DNA from: a virus
Length of the DNA: 64,000 nucleotides
Strand: one strand, 5' to 3'
Virus record (IMG/VR): IMGVR_UViG_3300023174_007026
Span: 1-64,000 of that record
In this document: positions 58,724 to 64,000 of the stretch, in pieces
Numbering within the stretch: position 1 is the stretch's first letter
Layout of the letters: each line of letters opens with the position of its first letter
The notes under the pieces: model-generated
Databases searched by the model: none
Seen by the model: the letters and a program-made list of their open reading frames with translations, nothing else
Told to the model about the DNA's origin: nothing
Position numbers and translations under genes: made by a program

Positions 58724-59574
58724 AAAATTATATATCTGGTGAAAAATTCCAAGCACTTGCAGACGTGAGTGTGATACCCATTGGCAGAGGCAATGGAGAG
58801 AGTGAATGTGATTTTGTAATACAACAACAAATCAATAACAACTATACAGTGTTTTACTATGATGAGAATGTAGTAGAGATTCCTGACTTTGTTCAAAATG
58901 CTAAAACAATATTTGTTAATACATGGACATTGGATAAATTCTTTGATAAAATATTTCCACTTCTCAAGAATGAGTATGTGTTTATTTCACACAATTCTGA
59001 TTTGGGTATAAATGAGCATCATAAAACGTTTTTAGACTCACCAAAAGTAAAAAAATGGTATACACAAAACATGTATATTGCTCATCCTAAATTGCATTCA
59101 ATTCCTATAGGTCTTGCCAATAGTCAATGGCCACATGGCAATGTTGAGTTAATTGATACAATCAACAGAGAACAAAATAAGAAAGAGTTCTTGGTATATA
59201 AAAACTTTGATTGCAATACAAATCTTGCAGAGCGTAGTTTGTGTGATCTCGCTACAACACATAATGGTATCCCAAAGAGTATGCACACATCAAATGAACA
59301 ATACTGGAGAACAATATCCAAAAGTGTGTTTATCATCTCACCGCCTGGCAACGGTGTAGACTGTCACCGCATATGGGAATGTCTGTATCTCAATGCAGTA
59401 CCTATAGTTAAAAATAATGTTGCATTTTCTCAATTTAAACATCTTCCAATATTGTGGGTTGACTCTTGGGAGGAAGTGACAATACCATTCTTGAAATCTA
59501 AAATTACTACGCAAGATAACGTAGATATAAATGAATTAAATATTAAATTTTGGAATCACAAAATAAAAGCATGA
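58714..59574 (+). CDS. GT47/exostosin-like glycosyltransferase
   Basis: ISPPGNGVDCHRIWECLYLNAVP motif. Confidence 0.7.
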   Translation: MELKNYISGEKFQALADVSVIPIGRGNGESECDFVIQQQINNNYTVFYYDENVVEIPDFVQNAKTIFVNTWTLDKFFDKIFPLLKNEYVFISHNSDLGINEHHKTFLDSPKVKKWYTQNMYIAHPKLHSIPIGLANSQWPHGNVELIDTINREQNKKEFLVYKNFDCNTNLAERSLCDLATTHNGIPKSMHTSNEQYWRTISKSVFIISPPGNGVDCHRIWECLYLNAVPIVKNNVAFSQFKHLPILWVDSWEEVTIPFLKSKITTQDNVDINELNIKFWNHKIKA

Positions 59575-60272
59575 AAATAGCTGTATGTTTATCCGGTATA
59601 CCCAAATATTGGGAAAAGAGTATGATCTCAATAAAGCAATTCTTGCCAAATGCAGATGTATTTATTCACATGTGGAAAATTGAACATAGTGATGAGATAA
59701 ATGAAAATACAGCTTATAGCTATAACAAATACACTGATATTGCAAACGTGGAGTGTAAAAACATAGTTGATGCATACAATACTAAAAAATTTGTAATACA
59801 AAACTTCTCTACTAGATTGAATAATTTTGTGTGTGAGAATAAAAAATATCATGAATTAATAGATGATATACAAGGTAGTAATAGTGTTGCACAGCTCTCT
59901 ATGTTTTACAGTATAAGAGAAGCATGCAGATTAAAATCAGAATATGAAAGAGACAATGGATTCTTGTATGATATTGTTTTTAGAATTAGATTTGATAGTG
60001 AGATAATAAATTTTATAGATCTCCACAGCTGTGTAGAAGATTGTGTATACATACCGCAGGAAAGCGATTGGGGCGGCATAAATGATCAATTTTCATTTGG
60101 AAGCAGTAAAATAATGGATATGGTGTGTGAGTGCTATACTTTTTATGAACCATGTTTAAAAATCACCAAATTTTACGGGCCGGAAGTTGTATTTAAACAG
60201 CATCTCAGTTCCTTCTTAGACACGTCACGCATAAAAAGAATAGACGCTAAAATAAAAATTAACAACGAATAA
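59571..60272 (+). CDS. Putative glycosyltransferase-related protein
   Basis: KIAVCLSG, YDIVFRIRFD and NDQFSFG motifs; island context. Confidence 0.55.
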   Translation: MKIAVCLSGIPKYWEKSMISIKQFLPNADVFIHMWKIEHSDEINENTAYSYNKYTDIANVECKNIVDAYNTKKFVIQNFSTRLNNFVCENKKYHELIDDIQGSNSVAQLSMFYSIREACRLKSEYERDNGFLYDIVFRIRFDSEIINFIDLHSCVEDCVYIPQESDWGGINDQFSFGSSKIMDMVCECYTFYEPCLKITKFYGPEVVFKQHLSSFLDTSRIKRIDAKIKINNE

Positions 60273-60278
60273 AAATAT

Positions 60279-61664
60279 ATGAAATGTAAAATGGTGATCT
60301 TTGATTTGGATGGTGTGTTAGTAGATGGTAAACATATACATTTTACAACATTAAATGATTCTATAGCAGAAATAGCTGGAGCTGAATTTTGTATTTCATA
60401 TGATGAACACCTGAGATTGTATGATGGACTTAAAACAAATGAAAAACTTCAACTACTATCTAAAAATAAGCATCTAGATCCGGTATTGCATGAAAAAATA
60501 TGGAATACTAAACAAAAACTTACTTTGAAGGAATTTAACTGCATTCAGCCATGCATACAGATTAAAGCTATACTTGAATATCTCAAAGCTAACAATATAA
60601 GGGTTGCGTGTTGTACCAACTCAATAAGGCAAACTACAAGATTGGTTTTAACAAAATTAGAAATTATTAATTTATTTGACATTATTGTATCAAATGAAGA
60701 TGTAAATTACTCTAAGCCTCATCCTGAAATGTATTGGAAGGCTATGGCAGCGTTTGGCATTATGCCTGACGAAACGTTAATTGTAGAAGATTCACCACCA
60801 GGACTACTAGGCGCGCACCGTTCTGGATGCGCTGTATTGAGAGTTAAAAATTCAAAAGATCTCACAGTTGAAAAAATTATCAAAGGCATTAAATCACATG
60901 ACAATATGCATAACATACCTAAATGGGTTGATAAAAAAATGAACATAGTGATACCTATGGCAGGCGCTGGATCAAGATTTGAACAAGCTGGTTTTACTTT
61001 TCCAAAACCTCTTATTGATGTTTGCGGCAAGCCAATGATTCAGACAGTTGTAGAAAATCTCAACATTGATGCAAACTATATTTACATAGTACAAAAAAAA
61101 CACAGAATTCAATATAATTTAGATTCTGTATTGAGTCTAATTACACCTGGCTGTAAGATCGTTGAAACAGATGGTATAACAGAAGGTGCAGCCTGTACTG
61201 TCCTATTAGCTAAAGATTACTTCAATAATGAAGATCCGATGCTAATTGCAAATTCAGATCAATTTGTAGAATGGAATTCTACAGATTTCCTATACAAAAT
61301 GCATGAACAAAACGTTGATGGTGGTATCTTAACTTTTGAATCTACACACCCGAAATGGTCGTACGTAAAGACTGATAAAGAAGGCTTTGTAACAGAAGTA
61401 GCAGAAAAGAATCCAATTTCAAATACAGCGACGGTAGGAATTTATTTTTGGAAACATGGTGCTGACTTTGTAAGCTGTGCTGAACGAATGATGAACAAAA
61501 ATATAAGAGTCAATAATGAGTTTTATGTATGCCCGGTATACAATGAAGCAATTTTGCTCAATAAAAAATTAATATCGTTCAATATTAATAAAATGTGGGG
61601 GTTAGGTACTCCTGAAGATCTTGCTACCTTTTTACAGCACACAAAGAGTGAAAACTATAATTGA
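60279..61664 (+). CDS. HAD phosphatase fused to a sugar-phosphate nucleotidyltransferase
   Basis: FDLDGV, KPHP and EDS, then IPMAGAGSRF...PKPL, NSD and GTPEDL. Confidence 0.85.
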   Translation: MKCKMVIFDLDGVLVDGKHIHFTTLNDSIAEIAGAEFCISYDEHLRLYDGLKTNEKLQLLSKNKHLDPVLHEKIWNTKQKLTLKEFNCIQPCIQIKAILEYLKANNIRVACCTNSIRQTTRLVLTKLEIINLFDIIVSNEDVNYSKPHPEMYWKAMAAFGIMPDETLIVEDSPPGLLGAHRSGCAVLRVKNSKDLTVEKIIKGIKSHDNMHNIPKWVDKKMNIVIPMAGAGSRFEQAGFTFPKPLIDVCGKPMIQTVVENLNIDANYIYIVQKKHRIQYNLDSVLSLITPGCKIVETDGITEGAACTVLLAKDYFNNEDPMLIANSDQFVEWNSTDFLYKMHEQNVDGGILTFESTHPKWSYVKTDKEGFVTEVAEKNPISNTATVGIYFWKHGADFVSCAERMMNKNIRVNNEFYVCPVYNEAILLNKKLISFNINKMWGLGTPEDLATFLQHTKSENYN

Positions 61665-62250
61665 ATTGGGCGCAAATAGAGGTACTGATACAGTACGCTT
61701 GTTGGAAGAATATAAAGATGCAATAGTTTATGCGTTCGAACCAACGCACGAATTACTAATTAACTATTTGTGGCCGATTGCAAGAAATTATGATAGACTC
61801 AGAGTTATGCCGTTTGCAGTAGATGTTGAGTGTAGCTTTAAGACTTTTAAAATCGCAGGGCAAGCTGATTGGGGTTGTAGTAGTTTGTATGATTTTGCAG
61901 ATGATATTCATACTAAATGGCCTGGTCGACCTGATTTCAAAATGACAGATAGGTATGATGTGCCTACTATAACTATGTATGATTTTTGTAAACTGTTTAA
62001 AATTAGTAGTGTGGATTACTTGCATATAGATACACAAGGCAATGATTTTAATTGCATGTTATCTTTTGGCGAATATTTTAATTTGGTTAAGGCAGGCAGA
62101 TGTGAGGTAGCGGCAAATACAGAGTTGTATAAAAATACTAACAATACATATCTCAATGTAAAACACTGGCTGCAACAACAAGGCTTTGTAGTTACAACTA
62201 ATGCAAATATTGAACAAGCTCATGAAATTGATTTGATTTTTAGAAAGTAA
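61648..62250 (+). CDS. FkbM family methyltransferase
   Basis: ELGANRG, AFEP and IDTQG motifs. Confidence 0.8.
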   Translation: MKTIIELGANRGTDTVRLLEEYKDAIVYAFEPTHELLINYLWPIARNYDRLRVMPFAVDVECSFKTFKIAGQADWGCSSLYDFADDIHTKWPGRPDFKMTDRYDVPTITMYDFCKLFKISSVDYLHIDTQGNDFNCMLSFGEYFNLVKAGRCEVAANTELYKNTNNTYLNVKHWLQQQGFVVTTNANIEQAHEIDLIFRK

Positions 62251-62255
62251 ATAAT

Positions 62256-62957
62256 ATGAAAAACATACCATCCAATACTATAGAAAAAATTTACAAAGAG
62301 CTTATAAAAGTAAATTATACTGAAGAGTATAAGAATAGATATTTGAGGTTGCCAGTGCATAAGAACAACAAAAAATGGAAATGGGAAGGCAAAGACTTTC
62401 CACGAGTAATATCATTACTTGAATTTGAAAGATACATTGAAAAATATCAGTTTAATGTGGATAGTTTGCTTATCTTTAACGGTGTTGATGATCCAGAAGT
62501 TGAATATCTAAACGGCCGCATCAAAACAATTTATGATGCTAACTTTGATGCAAATCCAGAAAAATTTGATTTGCATACATTAGACTTGCCCAAGAAAGAT
62601 TTTGATTTTGTTTGTTTGCATCAAACCCTGGAACATGTCTATAATCCTCACCAATGCTTAGCCAACATAAAATCTCATATGGCTGATAACGGTTATTTGT
62701 ATATAAATGTACCAGCGTGCAATGCACCACACAGTGAACCATATCATTTTTACACTGGGTTTACGCCCATGGGCTTAGCAGCAATAGCTCATCAAACAGG
62801 ATTTAAAATTCTTGAAGTGGGGCAGTGGGGCAATGCAGAGTATTTAGTAAAACTCTGGACACGCAATCCAGGGTGGTCTGATTACACACAACTCAGCCAA
62901 CCTGGCGTGAATGAAATTGATAATCCAGTTATAACTTGGTGTCTTCTACAAAAATAA
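62256..62957 (+). CDS. Class I SAM-dependent methyltransferase-like protein
   Basis: FDFVCLHQTLEHV...GYLYINVP motif. Confidence 0.7.
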   Translation: MKNIPSNTIEKIYKELIKVNYTEEYKNRYLRLPVHKNNKKWKWEGKDFPRVISLLEFERYIEKYQFNVDSLLIFNGVDDPEVEYLNGRIKTIYDANFDANPEKFDLHTLDLPKKDFDFVCLHQTLEHVYNPHQCLANIKSHMADNGYLYINVPACNAPHSEPYHFYTGFTPMGLAAIAHQTGFKILEVGQWGNAEYLVKLWTRNPGWSDYTQLSQPGVNEIDNPVITWCLLQK

Positions 62958-63042
62958 AACCTACTACTTTATAAATTATCTATTGATTTATAAACATTAT
63001 AGTGGAATATCGAGAGTAATAAGGTAAGTAAACTAGTATAAT

Positions 63043-63669
63043 ATGACAAAAGAGTATCAACAACCACCAGAATTTACTAGAGATTTTTTTAATGACAAAC
63101 ATGGATTATTTTTTGTAGATATAGGAGCCAATGACGGTGAATCTTGGTCCAATACACTCTTTTTAGAAAAAAACTTAGGGTGGTCTGGATTATGCATTGA
63201 GCCTCATCCTACTATGTTTAATAAGTTAGTTGCAACGAGAGATGTAGAATGTATTAATGTTGCTGTTGCTGATAAAGATGGTAATGCTGATTTTTTGTGC
63301 ATTGAAGGCTCATGGGAAGCAAATATGCTTAGCGGATTAGTAGATAAATATGATCCACAGCATAGAGAAAGGGTTGATAAAGAATATTTGCGTTACGGTG
63401 GCACTTCAACAAACATACAAGTACCTGTAACTACTCTTCAATCTATATTAAACACAAGAAATATTTCTAAAATTGACTACCTTTCTATAGATACTGAAGG
63501 AGCAGAGCTCTCTATCTTACAAGGTTTAGACTTACTAAATGTTGATGTAACATTAATAAGCGTCGAAACAAACTATGGCAGAGATGTGTTTGATGAATTT
63601 TTAGGTAAGTATGGTTTTAAATTTATTACAAAAGTTGCATGTGACTCATTCTATGCAAAAAACGTATAA
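63043..63669 (+). CDS. FkbM family methyltransferase
   Basis: VDIGANDG, IEP and IDTEGAE motifs. Confidence 0.88.
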   Translation: MTKEYQQPPEFTRDFFNDKHGLFFVDIGANDGESWSNTLFLEKNLGWSGLCIEPHPTMFNKLVATRDVECINVAVADKDGNADFLCIEGSWEANMLSGLVDKYDPQHRERVDKEYLRYGGTSTNIQVPVTTLQSILNTRNISKIDYLSIDTEGAELSILQGLDLLNVDVTLISVETNYGRDVFDEFLGKYGFKFITKVACDSFYAKNV

Positions 63670-64000
63670 AAATAATCCCGTGATTGGTATACTATGCTAT
63701 GATTCTTTAGAAACAGTGGGGCATAGCTTGTTTCTAAATTTTAGACTTGCTCTGCAAAACTACTTTGCTCAGCCTCTAAAACCTGTAAATTGTGTTGAGG
63801 AATTGGATACAATTACAACATTAATTATTGTAGATGAGCACCATATTCCATGTGTAGGTGTATGGAAGAATGATGCATTTATTTCACAACTAAATAAGAA
63901 CAACATACAAGTTTTAGTGTTTAATTTTGAAAAAATATTCAGCTCATCATTTCCATGGAATGTAGATCATCAGAAAAAGTTGGAACAAATCAACAACATG
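63653..64000 (+). CDS. Partial CDS continuing the glycan island (truncated by the window end)
   Basis: 116 open codons from ATG 63653 (MQKTYKNNPVIGIL...). Confidence 0.55.
   Translation, partial: MQKTYKNNPVIGILCYDSLETVGHSLFLNFRLALQNYFAQPLKPVNCVEELDTITTLIIVDEHHIPCVGVWKNDAFISQLNKNNIQVLVFNFEKIFSSSFPWNVDHQKKLEQINNM

Noticed and set aside
62248-62253. TAAATA before 62256, and similar hits at 40116 and 48733
   Set aside because: Spacing to the start codon (2, 27 and 10 nt) does not fit the 5-7 nt pattern; not counted as late promoters
1-64000. Stop-codon reassignment, since TAG stops are rare
   Set aside because: Core genes are full length in the standard code, and TAG ends uvsW (38273) and the gene ending at 43170
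1-64000. tRNA genes, CRISPR arrays, integrase or DGR elements
   Set aside because: Intergenic gaps are very short; no cloverleaf, spaced repeats, recombinase or reverse transcriptase motifs were seen by eye

Overview
A 64-kb segment of a large, AT-rich T4-like (myovirus-type) dsDNA phage genome read in the standard code. In order it holds: (1) a virion or adsorption module (146-13556) with LamG-, NHL- and lectin-like proteins and two paralogous RCC1-like fibre genes, one split by a +1 frameshift; (2) a T4-type replication, recombination and late-transcription core, mostly on the minus strand (primase, RNase H, probable clamp, gp32, gp41, UvsX, gp43, gp46/47, gp55, UvsW, UvsY); (3) a dispersed 7-deazaguanine pathway (folE, queD, queE, an atypical QueC lacking three of four Zn-ligand cysteines, and a stand-alone class II glutamine amidotransferase), with no recognisable DpdA/TGT in the window, plus Nudix, P-loop kinase and two glycosyltransferases embedded among replication genes; (4) late-promoter genes with N-termini resembling capsid-targeting sequences, including a ligase-like enzyme and a HIGH-fold nucleotidyltransferase, near a PD-(D/E)xK nuclease and a retropepsin; (5) a >12-kb glycosyltransferase/methyltransferase island running off the end. 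The strongest sequence-level pattern is two promoter classes, TAAATA-N5-7-start and TTGANN-N16-TANNNT-N5-8-start, which place transcription starts at or near the start codon without Shine-Dalgarno sites, suggesting largely leaderless expression. All family calls come from reading motifs by eye; no database search was run. No tRNA, rRNA or CRISPR array was seen.
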